Part shown: positions 1-7,903 of the stretch, in pieces | How positions within the stretch are numbered: the stretch's first letter is position 1 | Layout: every line of letters starts with the position of its first letter | NCBI GenBank assembly: GCA_041496945.1 | Contig: JBGQFO010000005.1 | Coordinates: 1-53,483 of the forward strand | Direction: 5' to 3' | Source: Candidatus Limnocylindria bacterium | GTDB taxonomy: Bacteria > Chloroflexota > Limnocylindria > P2-11E | DNA length: 53,483 bases | The notes under the pieces: model-generated | What the model saw: only the letters and a program-made list of their open reading frames with translations | What the model was told of the DNA's origin: nothing | The model's database searches: none | Position numbers and translations under genes: made by a program

Positions 1-194
1 CAAACGTGTCGGTCGACTACGAGTCGCTCGACATGGACCACGGCATGACGACGGCGATGGGTCAGTTCCACGAGGGCTGCTATCGCATGGGGCTCTCCTT
101 CGGCATGGCCGGTTCGTGGCGTCTCACGATCCACGTCGCGCGCGGCGCGGCCGAAGAGAAGCTCGTTCTCGTCCTGCCCTGGGTGGGCCTGTGA
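1..194 (+). CDS. YtkA/FixH-like protein, C-terminal part (probably runs in from the window edge)
   Basis: MDHG...Y...L.FGMAGSW.LTI.V pattern typical of YtkA-like domains; stop overlaps the next GTG start. Confidence 0.55.
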   Translation, partial: NVSVDYESLDMDHGMTTAMGQFHEGCYRMGLSFGMAGSWRLTIHVARGAAEEKLVLVLPWVGL

Positions 195-595
195 CCGCGG
201 GCTACGCCGAGGAGCTCGTCGCGGAAGCACGTCATCCCGTCGGTGACGGCGCGCTTACGTCACCACGCCGGACCGCGCGACTCACCAACCCCGTGTGCGG
301 CGACGAGATCGACCTCGACCTTGACCACGACGGCGCCCGCATCACCGATCTCGCGCACCGGACGCGCGGCTGCTCCTTCACCCGCGCCTCCGCCTCGCTC
401 CTCGCGCGTTACGTGACTGGCATGAGCGTCGCGAGCGCGCGCGAGCTCGCCGCAGCGCTGCGGCGTGATCTCGCGGGATCCGCACCGCTCCCGCCGGAGC
501 TCGCGGCGCTCGGGGCCGTGCGCATCTACCCGGCCCGCCTTCGCTGCGCTCTCCTTCCGTGGGACGCGCTCCGGAGCGCCCTCAGCGAGGTGTGA
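191..595 (+). CDS. SufU/NifU-like Fe-S cluster scaffold protein
   Basis: NPVCGD, GCSFTRAS and RLRCALLPW motifs (three Cys plus Asp); GTGA overlap at 191-194 gives the start. Confidence 0.85.
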   Translation: MTAGYAEELVAEARHPVGDGALTSPRRTARLTNPVCGDEIDLDLDHDGARITDLAHRTRGCSFTRASASLLARYVTGMSVASARELAAALRRDLAGSAPLPPELAALGAVRIYPARLRCALLPWDALRSALSEV

Positions 596-1719
596 CCCGG
601 CTCGCGCGGATGCTCGTCGCGCTCTTCCTCGTCAACGCCGTGGCGGTCGTCGTCATCTGGTGGGTCGCTCTCGAGCCGCACACCTTCGGCAGCCTCGCGG
701 GCGGACTGAATGCCGCAGGTCGGATCGCCGGTCTCGTCGGCACGTACCTCGTCCTCGTCCAGCTCATCCTGCGCACGCACATCCCCTGGCTCCTGAGTGC
801 GTTCGGCAAGGACGCGCTGAAGAAGTGGCACACCTGGAACGCGTACGTCGCGTTCGGGCTGATCGGCGCGCACGTGGTCCTGCAGGTCGTCGGCTATGCG
901 CTGCAGGACCGCATCGACGTCGTGAGCGAGCTCGGCCTCCTCGTCGCCCATTACGAGGGCATGGTCCTGGGCATCGCCGGGTTCGTCCTGCTCGCCGGGC
1001 TCACGCTCATCGCGATCGACCCGATCCGCCACCGCCTTCCGTGGCCGACCTGGCGCGCCCTCCACCTCTACACGTACGTCGCGATCGCGCTGTCCGTCCC
1101 GCACATGATCGCGACTGGCAGCGACTTCATCGACGCTCCGATCGCGGTCGCGTACTGGACTGCGCTCGAGGTCGCCGTCCTCGTGATCCTCGTTGTGGCC
1201 CGCGTGCCGCCGGTCTGGCGCATCGCGACCGCCGCTGGGCGGCCGCATCCCGCGATCGTCGCTGTGGGTGCCCTCGTGATCGCCACCTACCTGGTGGGGA
1301 CCGTCCGGCTCTCCCCCGCGCTGCCGGTGGAGCTCGCGGTCGCGTCGCCGACACCGCGCGGCACCGCGCAGTCGTCACCCGCGTCGTCCGTCGCGAGCCC
1401 GCATCCCTCGCCGACCGCGAGCGTCATCACGGGCACCACGGTGGTCGTCGGCCTGGGGTTCGAGACGCCCTATGGGACCGCGCAGGTGAGGCTCCTCCTC
1501 AGCGACGGGCGCATCGCCGACATCGAACCGATCCTCATGCCGTCGGCGACGCGGCAATCACGGACCATCAGCAACTCGGTCGAGCCATGGCTTCGAAAGC
1601 GCGCGATCGCGGCGCAGTCCGCACAGTTCGAGATCCTCTCCGGCGCCACCTACACGAGCCGCGCGTACATGGCGTCGCTCGAGAGCGCGTTGCGAGCGGC
1701 CGGGCTGGAGCAGCCGTGA
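592..1719 (+). CDS. Ferric reductase-like (MsrQ-like) transmembrane protein fused to a C-terminal FMN-binding domain
   Basis: Multiple TM helices with four His (WHTW, GAHV, LHLY, PHMI), a Pro/Ser/Thr linker, then an FMN_bind domain with flavinylation motif SGATYTS; GTGA overlap start. Confidence 0.85.
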   Translation: MTRLARMLVALFLVNAVAVVVIWWVALEPHTFGSLAGGLNAAGRIAGLVGTYLVLVQLILRTHIPWLLSAFGKDALKKWHTWNAYVAFGLIGAHVVLQVVGYALQDRIDVVSELGLLVAHYEGMVLGIAGFVLLAGLTLIAIDPIRHRLPWPTWRALHLYTYVAIALSVPHMIATGSDFIDAPIAVAYWTALEVAVLVILVVARVPPVWRIATAAGRPHPAIVAVGALVIATYLVGTVRLSPALPVELAVASPTPRGTAQSSPASSVASPHPSPTASVITGTTVVVGLGFETPYGTAQVRLLLSDGRIADIEPILMPSATRQSRTISNSVEPWLRKRAIAAQSAQFEILSGATYTSRAYMASLESALRAAGLEQP

Positions 1720-2456
1720 CGCGCCGGACCGAGAACGTCATGGGCGATCTGCCGTTCACGGTCGCGGTCACGGGAGAGGTCGATCCCGCGGTGCTCGATG
1801 CGGTCTTCGCCGATCTGCGCTGGGTCGATCGCACCTTCAGCCCGTTCATCGCCGAGAGCGCGATCAGCCGGATCAACGCCGGGAGACTGCGCGAGCAGGA
1901 CGCCGAACCGCTCGTGCGCGACGTGCTCGCGCTCTGCCGGGCGTACGAGGTCGAGACCGACGGGTACTTCTCGGCGTGGGCATCGGGACAGCTCGACCCC
2001 TGCGGCCTGGTGAAGGGCTGGGCGATCGACCGCGCGCGCCAGATGCTCGAACGCGCCGGTCACCGCTCCTACTTCGTCGACGGTGCCGGCGACGTCTTCG
2101 CGCGCGGCGAGCGCGCGCCGGGCCTTCCCTGGCGTGTGGGCATCCGCCATCCGGTGCAGCGGGACCGCGTCGTGTCGGTCGTCCCGGCCGCCGATCTCGC
2201 GGTCGCCACGTCGGGTACGTACGAGAGGGGCGCGCACATCCGCGATCCACACACCGGCCGCGCGACGACGGAGCTCGTCAGCCTGACCGTCGTGGGCCCC
2301 GACATCGTTGCCGCCGACGTCTACGCCACGGCGGCGTTCGCCATGGGCCGCGCTGGGCTCGGGTTCATCGAAAGCGTCCCGGACTACGAGGCGTACGCGA
2401 TCGACGCGGAGCTCTTCGGAGCGTCGACGACCGGATTCGCGGAGCTCGTCGCGTAG
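1716..2456 (+). CDS. apbE: FAD:protein FMN transferase (ApbE family)
   Basis: LDPCGLVKGWAID, DGAGD, W.VGI.HP, VATSG.YERG.HI.DP, ADVYATA motifs; GTGA overlap at 1716-1719. Confidence 0.9.
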   Translation: MTRRTENVMGDLPFTVAVTGEVDPAVLDAVFADLRWVDRTFSPFIAESAISRINAGRLREQDAEPLVRDVLALCRAYEVETDGYFSAWASGQLDPCGLVKGWAIDRARQMLERAGHRSYFVDGAGDVFARGERAPGLPWRVGIRHPVQRDRVVSVVPAADLAVATSGTYERGAHIRDPHTGRATTELVSLTVVGPDIVAADVYATAAFAMGRAGLGFIESVPDYEAYAIDAELFGASTTGFAELVA

Positions 2457-3200
2457 GTGCGAATGGTCCTCGCGATCGGCCTCGTCTTGGCGGTGTCGCT
2501 GGCGTGTGCACCGGAAGCGGTCTCGCCGTCACCCTCACCGAAGCCGGCGTACTGCGCCGACGCGCGACCGGGCGCGCTTCAGGAGATCGCCGGCACGCGA
2601 GCGAGCCCGTACGTGGTGCATCACCCGGCCACGCAGAGCGCACGCGTCCCGACGGTCGTGTTCCTCCCTGGCGGCTCCGCTCAGCGCAGGAATGCGCAGC
2701 GCGTCTGGGATGCCTACCTCGACGGAGCCAAGGGCATCGATGCGTTCCGCGTCGTCATCCCCTACTGGCCGGACATCGAGATGGTGGAGGGCTTCCGTCG
2801 CACGGTGGACGTCGTCGACGAGGTGCTCGCGTGCTACGGCGGCGACCCGCATCAGGTCCACCTCGCCGGGTTCTCGGCCGGAGGTCAATCGGCGTTCGAC
2901 CTGATGCTCGAGCGCCCGGAGCGTTTCGCGACGCTGCTCGGCGCGCCGGGCGAATTCCAGCTCGGAACGACACCCGCGAAGGTCGCCGCGCTGAAGGGCA
3001 AGGCCGTCTTCAACGGCGTCGGCGAGCTCGACGACGAGGGCTGGCACAAGGGCGTTCGCGACGCGCACGAGGCGCTCACGCGCGCCGGCGTCGAATCCGT
3101 CTACGTCGAGTTCAAGGGCCAGGGTCACGGCGCCAGTGCGGACTTCCCAAAGGACCTGCTCGTCGAGTTCTGGACAAAGCACTCCACGTTCGACCACTGA
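2457..3200 (+). CDS. Alpha/beta hydrolase (esterase-like), probable lipoprotein
   Basis: Signal peptide with lipobox SLAC; GFSAGG nucleophile elbow; GELD acid and GQGH His. Confidence 0.75.
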   Translation: MRMVLAIGLVLAVSLACAPEAVSPSPSPKPAYCADARPGALQEIAGTRASPYVVHHPATQSARVPTVVFLPGGSAQRRNAQRVWDAYLDGAKGIDAFRVVIPYWPDIEMVEGFRRTVDVVDEVLACYGGDPHQVHLAGFSAGGQSAFDLMLERPERFATLLGAPGEFQLGTTPAKVAALKGKAVFNGVGELDDEGWHKGVRDAHEALTRAGVESVYVEFKGQGHGASADFPKDLLVEFWTKHSTFDH

Positions 3201-3261
3201 GCGCGGTCGCGACGCAGCAGGTGTGCTTGCCGGTCGCCTGCGCCGTGGCACTCTAGACGCG

Positions 3262-4065
3262 ATGGATCTGGGTCTGGGCGGCAAGTCCGTGCTTGTCGCG
3301 GCGGCATCGAAGGGCCTCGGCCGGGCGTCCGCCGAGCTCTTTGCGGCCGAGGGCGCGAAGGTCGCGATGTGCAGCCGCAGCGAGGCGGCGATCACACGCG
3401 CGGCCGAGGAGATCGGGCGGGCGACCGGAAGCCGGACGATCCTGCCGATCGCCGCGGACCTCTCCACGCTCGAGGGCTGCGAGGCATTCGTGCAGACCGC
3501 GCTCGCCGCCCACGGCGCGATCGACATCCTCGTGGTGAACGCCGGCGGTCCCCCACCCGGTCGCTTCGATGAGCTGGACGACGCGGCGTGGAAGAAGGCC
3601 TTCGACCTCACGCTCATGTCCGCGGTGCGGCTCACACGGCTGGTCCTCCCGCAGATGCGCAAGCAGAAGGGCGGCTCGATCGTGTACTCCACCTCCACGA
3701 GCGTCCGGCAGCCGACGCAATACCTGAACCTGATCCTGTCGAACGCGCTGCGCGCTTCGGTGCACGGGATGCTGAAGACGCTCTCGTCCGATCTGGCGAA
3801 GGAGGGCATCCGCGTGAACGCAGTCCAGCCCGGCCGCATCGCGACGGATCGCATCATCGAGCTCGACACCGACAACGCCAAGCGCCAGGGCACGACGCCC
3901 GAGGCGATCAGGAAGCGTTACGAGGACACGATCATCCCGATGGGGCGCTACGGGCGACCCGAGGAATTCGCGGCCGCGGTCGTCTTCATCGCCTCGCCGC
4001 GCGCGTCGTACATCACCGGGGCGTCCCTCCAGGTGGATGGCGGCATGCTCCAGAGCATGTTCTAG
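3262..4065 (+). CDS. SDR family oxidoreductase (FabG-like)
   Basis: MDLGL.GK, AASKGLG, NAGGPPPG, GIRVNAVQPG, YITG..LQVDGG. Confidence 0.9.
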   Translation: MDLGLGGKSVLVAAASKGLGRASAELFAAEGAKVAMCSRSEAAITRAAEEIGRATGSRTILPIAADLSTLEGCEAFVQTALAAHGAIDILVVNAGGPPPGRFDELDDAAWKKAFDLTLMSAVRLTRLVLPQMRKQKGGSIVYSTSTSVRQPTQYLNLILSNALRASVHGMLKTLSSDLAKEGIRVNAVQPGRIATDRIIELDTDNAKRQGTTPEAIRKRYEDTIIPMGRYGRPEEFAAAVVFIASPRASYITGASLQVDGGMLQSMF

Positions 4066-4069
4066 CCGC

Positions 4070-5416
4070 GTGATCGTCACCGAGCGGCTGCGGCCCGACG
4101 TGTTCCGCCTGCCGATCGAGAAGATCCGCGCGGGCTACAAGTCCGACATCTACTTCGCCCGCACCAAGCTCATCCTCGAGCGCGACGAGCGTCGTGACCG
4201 CGTCACCATGCAGGTGTTCCAGAAGCATCCCGATGCGGTGGTCGTCGGCACCGATCAGACGCTGGCGCTGCTGCATGTCGGCGCCGGCGCGTATCGCGAT
4301 CGCACGCGCGCGGAGGAGCTCTTCACCCGCTACCTCGCGGCCGAGCGCCGACTCTACGCGCGTTGGCTCGCGCTTCCGCGCGGCGGCTGGGATGGCTACG
4401 CGCCGATCGCGCGCGAGGTGTTCGACATCGCGCACGAGCTCGCGGGGCTCTGGCAGCCCGCGTGGCAGGACCTCGCGGTGTCCTCGCTCTACGACGGCGA
4501 GATCGCCGGACCGCACGAGCCGGTCATGCACATCGAGGGCGACTACGCCTCCTTCGCCCATCTCGAGACGCTCTACCTCGGCGCGCTCTCGGAAGGGACG
4601 CGCGTCGCGACAAGCACGCGCGACGTCGTCGCGGCGGCCGGCGGCAAGCCGGTGATCATGTTCGGCGCGCGCCATCAGGGCCACGAGGCGCAGGCCGGCG
4701 CGGGCTACGCCGCGTACGTCGGCGGCGCGGTCGGCGTCTCGACCGACGAGCAGGGCGAGTGGTGGGGGTCGACGGGCCTCGGCACGGTCCCGCACGCGCT
4801 CATCGCCGTCTACGGTGGCGACACCACGGTCGCCACGCTGAAATTCGACGAGTACATCAACCGTGCGCCGGACGCGCTCGGCCACCTCACCGCCAGGGGG
4901 ACGCCGGAGGGTCACGTGAACGTCACCGCCCTCGTCGACTTCCGCAACGACGTCGTGAACACGTCGCTGGGGGTGGCGCACGCGCTCGGGCAGCGTCTCT
5001 GGGGCGTTCGCGTCGACACGAGCGAGTCGCTCATCGACGTGTCGGTGCTGAAGGAGATCGAGGCCGCTCACGGGGCCGTACCGGGTGACGACGTGCACGG
5101 CGTGACGCCGCGGCTCATCTTCCTGCTCCGCCGAGCGCTCGACGAGGCCGGCTACGGTCATGTGCGGATCGTCGCGTCGGGCGGCTTCGATGCGGCGAAG
5201 ATCCGCCGTTTCGAGGAGCTCGGCGTCCCGGTCGATGTCTTCGGCGTCGGCTCGGCTCTCGTGTCCGGCACGGGGTATGACCACACCGCCGACATCGTTC
5301 GGGTGAACGGCAAGGCGCTCGCGAAGACCGGTCGGCACTACATCGCGAGCGACCGGCTGCACGCCGTGGACTGGAGAACGCTCGTCGCGGAGGCGGATTG
5401 GGCCCGCTCGAGCTAG
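4070..5416 (+). CDS. Nicotinate phosphoribosyltransferase-like protein (type II PRTase)
   Basis: SD.YF, HLET.YLG, FGARH, GTVPHALIA, LVDF.ND, GVRVDT, IVASGGF, FGVGS motifs. Confidence 0.8.
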   Translation: MIVTERLRPDVFRLPIEKIRAGYKSDIYFARTKLILERDERRDRVTMQVFQKHPDAVVVGTDQTLALLHVGAGAYRDRTRAEELFTRYLAAERRLYARWLALPRGGWDGYAPIAREVFDIAHELAGLWQPAWQDLAVSSLYDGEIAGPHEPVMHIEGDYASFAHLETLYLGALSEGTRVATSTRDVVAAAGGKPVIMFGARHQGHEAQAGAGYAAYVGGAVGVSTDEQGEWWGSTGLGTVPHALIAVYGGDTTVATLKFDEYINRAPDALGHLTARGTPEGHVNVTALVDFRNDVVNTSLGVAHALGQRLWGVRVDTSESLIDVSVLKEIEAAHGAVPGDDVHGVTPRLIFLLRRALDEAGYGHVRIVASGGFDAAKIRRFEELGVPVDVFGVGSALVSGTGYDHTADIVRVNGKALAKTGRHYIASDRLHAVDWRTLVAEADWARSS

Positions 5417-6141
5417 TCGTCCTCGTCGCGGGGCTTGTCGTGGCCGGCCTGGCGAAGGGGATCTCCGGGATGGGGTTGCCGCTCATCGCCACACCGATCC
5501 TCGCCGGCGTCTTCGGTCCGCGGATGGCCGTGACCATCGTCACCATCCCGATCTTCGCCGCGAACTCCCTGCTGCTGATCCAGGGTTTCCGGCGGCGCGA
5601 GCTCCTGCGGGGCATCGTCCCCTTCATGGTCGCCTCGGTCATCGGTACGGCGATCGGCACGCTGCTGCTCGCACAGCTGGATCAGCGCACCTTCGCGATC
5701 CTCATCGCGGCGATGGTCGCGGTGTTCCTCGCGCGCGGCGACCGCCTCCTGGGCGACGATCCCGCCGCGCTGCGCGCTCGGATCCTCGGACCCCTCGTCT
5801 GTTTCGTCGGCGGCGTCCTGCAGGGGACGACGTCGATCGCGAGCCCGCTCGTCGGGTCGTACTTCCACGCGCAACGCCTCGCGCCGGCCGACTTCGTGTT
5901 CGTCCTTGCCGCGATCTTCGAGCTGAACAGCATCGTCCAGCTGATCGGGTATTCGCTCCAGGGTCTGTACACACCCGAGATCGTGACGATCGGGCTGCTC
6001 GGCCTCGTGCCGACGCTGCTCGCGCTCGCACTCGGGATCTACGCGCGCGGTCGGCTCGATCCGGCGCTCTTCCGCAGGCTGATCGTCATGCTCCTCGTGG
6101 TCTCGGTGGCCAATCTCCTGTGGCGGACGTTCCTCGTATAG
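5398..6141 (+). CDS. Sulfite exporter TauE/SafE family membrane protein
   Basis: AG.AKG.SG.G.PLIA.P N-terminal motif, about 8 TM helices; TTG start preceded by GGAGG. Confidence 0.85.
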   Translation: MGPLELVVLVAGLVVAGLAKGISGMGLPLIATPILAGVFGPRMAVTIVTIPIFAANSLLLIQGFRRRELLRGIVPFMVASVIGTAIGTLLLAQLDQRTFAILIAAMVAVFLARGDRLLGDDPAALRARILGPLVCFVGGVLQGTTSIASPLVGSYFHAQRLAPADFVFVLAAIFELNSIVQLIGYSLQGLYTPEIVTIGLLGLVPTLLALALGIYARGRLDPALFRRLIVMLLVVSVANLLWRTFLV

Positions 6142-6144
6142 GCG

Positions 6145-7182
6145 CTACCCGCGCTCGTACCGGAGCACGACCTCCCCAAGCGTGATGTGATCGCCCTCGC
6201 GGAGCGGCTGCTCGCCATCGATCTTCGCGCCGTTCACCAGCGTCCCGCTCGTGCTTCCGACGTCCGCCACGACGTGCTCGCCGTCCCTCGGCGTGATCCG
6301 CGCGTGGCGGCGCGACACGCTCGGATGCGCGAGCTGGATATCGGATGCGACCGCGCGGCCGAGCACGTACTCGCGTTCGAACACGCGGAAGGAGTCGTCG
6401 AGCGCCTTCGTCGCGACCAGACGAGCGGGTACGCACGGTGGCTCGTCGACGATGCGCAACGCCGCGATGATCACGCGCTCCTGCGCACCCCAGAGACGCG
6501 CGACGGCGGCGCGGTATCCACGCCGCGCCGCGCCCTCGCCGGCGTTCCGCGTGGCGTCCGTGTGGATCGCGCGAACCAGACCGCGCAGGAAGGGCACGAG
6601 CGCGTCCAGGTCGGCGCGCTCCCTCACCGCCGCGAGATCGATGCGGCCGCGATCGACACGGAGCGGCGTCGCGAGAGCCGTGCCGGCGGCGATGAAGCGC
6701 GTGGCGACGTCGTCGTTCCAGAGCCGTCCGCCGTATGCCGCACCGGCGTACTCGCCGATGAGCGCGTTCGCGAGGTTCGCGAGCTCGAGCGGCTTCCACA
6801 CGTTCGTCGCGGCGGGCGGCTCGTCGAGGACGGTCGGCTTCTTCGCGCCGAACACGGCGCGGCGCAGCAGCTGCTCGCGCGCGGCCGGGTCGAGGATCGG
6901 GATCGTGCGGCCGGCGAGCATCGAGAGCGATGCGCGCACGCCGCGCGCCGCCGGCTCCGGTCCGATGTTCGCCGGGCGTGCGGCCCGCGCGGTGAACGAG
7001 AACGAGCCGGCATCCGAGGCCCGCAGCGCCGCGAGCGCCTCGCCCCCGACCGTCGGACCGGTCCACGCGGCCACGGGTCGACCGTCCACGAGGTCGATCT
7101 CGCCCGCGGGTAACGTCAACGTCCCGCTCGCGCGGGTCGTCTCGAGCAGCCGAAGGATCGCGGCTACATCGGGGCTCCCCAT
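6145..7182 (-). CDS. FHA domain protein with N-terminal DUF4388/PATAN-like domain
   Basis: C-terminal GR..SDI.L...SVSRRHA...D.GST.GT.VNG FHA signature; N-terminal ILRLL...SGTL.L...G.I.L.DG..V.A; TATAGT just upstream of the ATG at 7182. Confidence 0.75.
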   Translation of the reverse strand: MGSPDVAAILRLLETTRASGTLTLPAGEIDLVDGRPVAAWTGPTVGGEALAALRASDAGSFSFTARAARPANIGPEPAARGVRASLSMLAGRTIPILDPAAREQLLRRAVFGAKKPTVLDEPPAATNVWKPLELANLANALIGEYAGAAYGGRLWNDDVATRFIAAGTALATPLRVDRGRIDLAAVRERADLDALVPFLRGLVRAIHTDATRNAGEGAARRGYRAAVARLWGAQERVIIAALRIVDEPPCVPARLVATKALDDSFRVFEREYVLGRAVASDIQLAHPSVSRRHARITPRDGEHVVADVGSTSGTLVNGAKIDGEQPLREGDHITLGEVVLRYERG

Positions 7183-7246
7183 GACACCGCGACTATAGGC
7201 GGGCGTGCACCGGGCGACCCGCACACCGGCACCTAGGATTACCGGC

Positions 7247-7903
7247 GTGGAGGTCGTGGAGGGGCTGCATGCCGTGCGTCTCATCGGCGCGAACGCGTTC
7301 CTCATCGCCGAGGATGAGCTGACGCTCGTCGACGCCGGTCACCGCGGCTCCATCGTGATGCTGCGCCGCTACGTCGAGCGGATCGGCCGCAGGATGTCGG
7401 ACATCCGGCGCATCGTCTGCACCCACGGACACCCCGACCACATCGGCGGTGTCAGCGAGATCGCCCGAGCGACCGACGCGCAGGTGCTCATGCACCCGGC
7501 CGACATGGAGCGGCTGCGCATCAAGCTGAGCGAGGTCTTCAGCGGACGGCCGGTGCCCGGCGCGATCATCGCCTACCTCACGCGGGCGCCAGACGCGTCG
7601 CCCCTCGTCGACGGCGACGTCGTCCCGGCCCTGGGTGGCCTTCGGGTGATCCACACACCCGGACATACGCCGGGCAGCATCTGCCTCTACTCGCCCGAGC
7701 GGCGTCTGGTGATCGTGGGCGACATCCTCCAGCGCCTCCGGGGCGTGGTCACCTACCCCAACTACATCTTCACCGACGACATGGGCCTGGCGCGCCGCTC
7801 CATCGCGCGCCTGGCCGAGCTGGACATCGAGACCATCCTCTTCTCGCACTACCCCGCGTTGCGCGAGGGCGCGCGCGACGCGCTGCGGAGCCTGGCCTCA
7901 TGA
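7247..7903 (+). CDS. MBL-fold metallo-hydrolase
   Basis: THGHPDHIGG, TPGHTPGS, GD and SH motifs; TAGGAT 7 nt before the GTG. Confidence 0.9.
   Translation: MEVVEGLHAVRLIGANAFLIAEDELTLVDAGHRGSIVMLRRYVERIGRRMSDIRRIVCTHGHPDHIGGVSEIARATDAQVLMHPADMERLRIKLSEVFSGRPVPGAIIAYLTRAPDASPLVDGDVVPALGGLRVIHTPGHTPGSICLYSPERRLVIVGDILQRLRGVVTYPNYIFTDDMGLARRSIARLAELDIETILFSHYPALREGARDALRSLAS

Noticed and set aside
191-1719. Other TGA stops (194, 595, 1719; also 25417, 37826) as selenocysteine codons
   Set aside because: They form GTGA start/stop overlaps at natural domain ends, with no conserved Cys position
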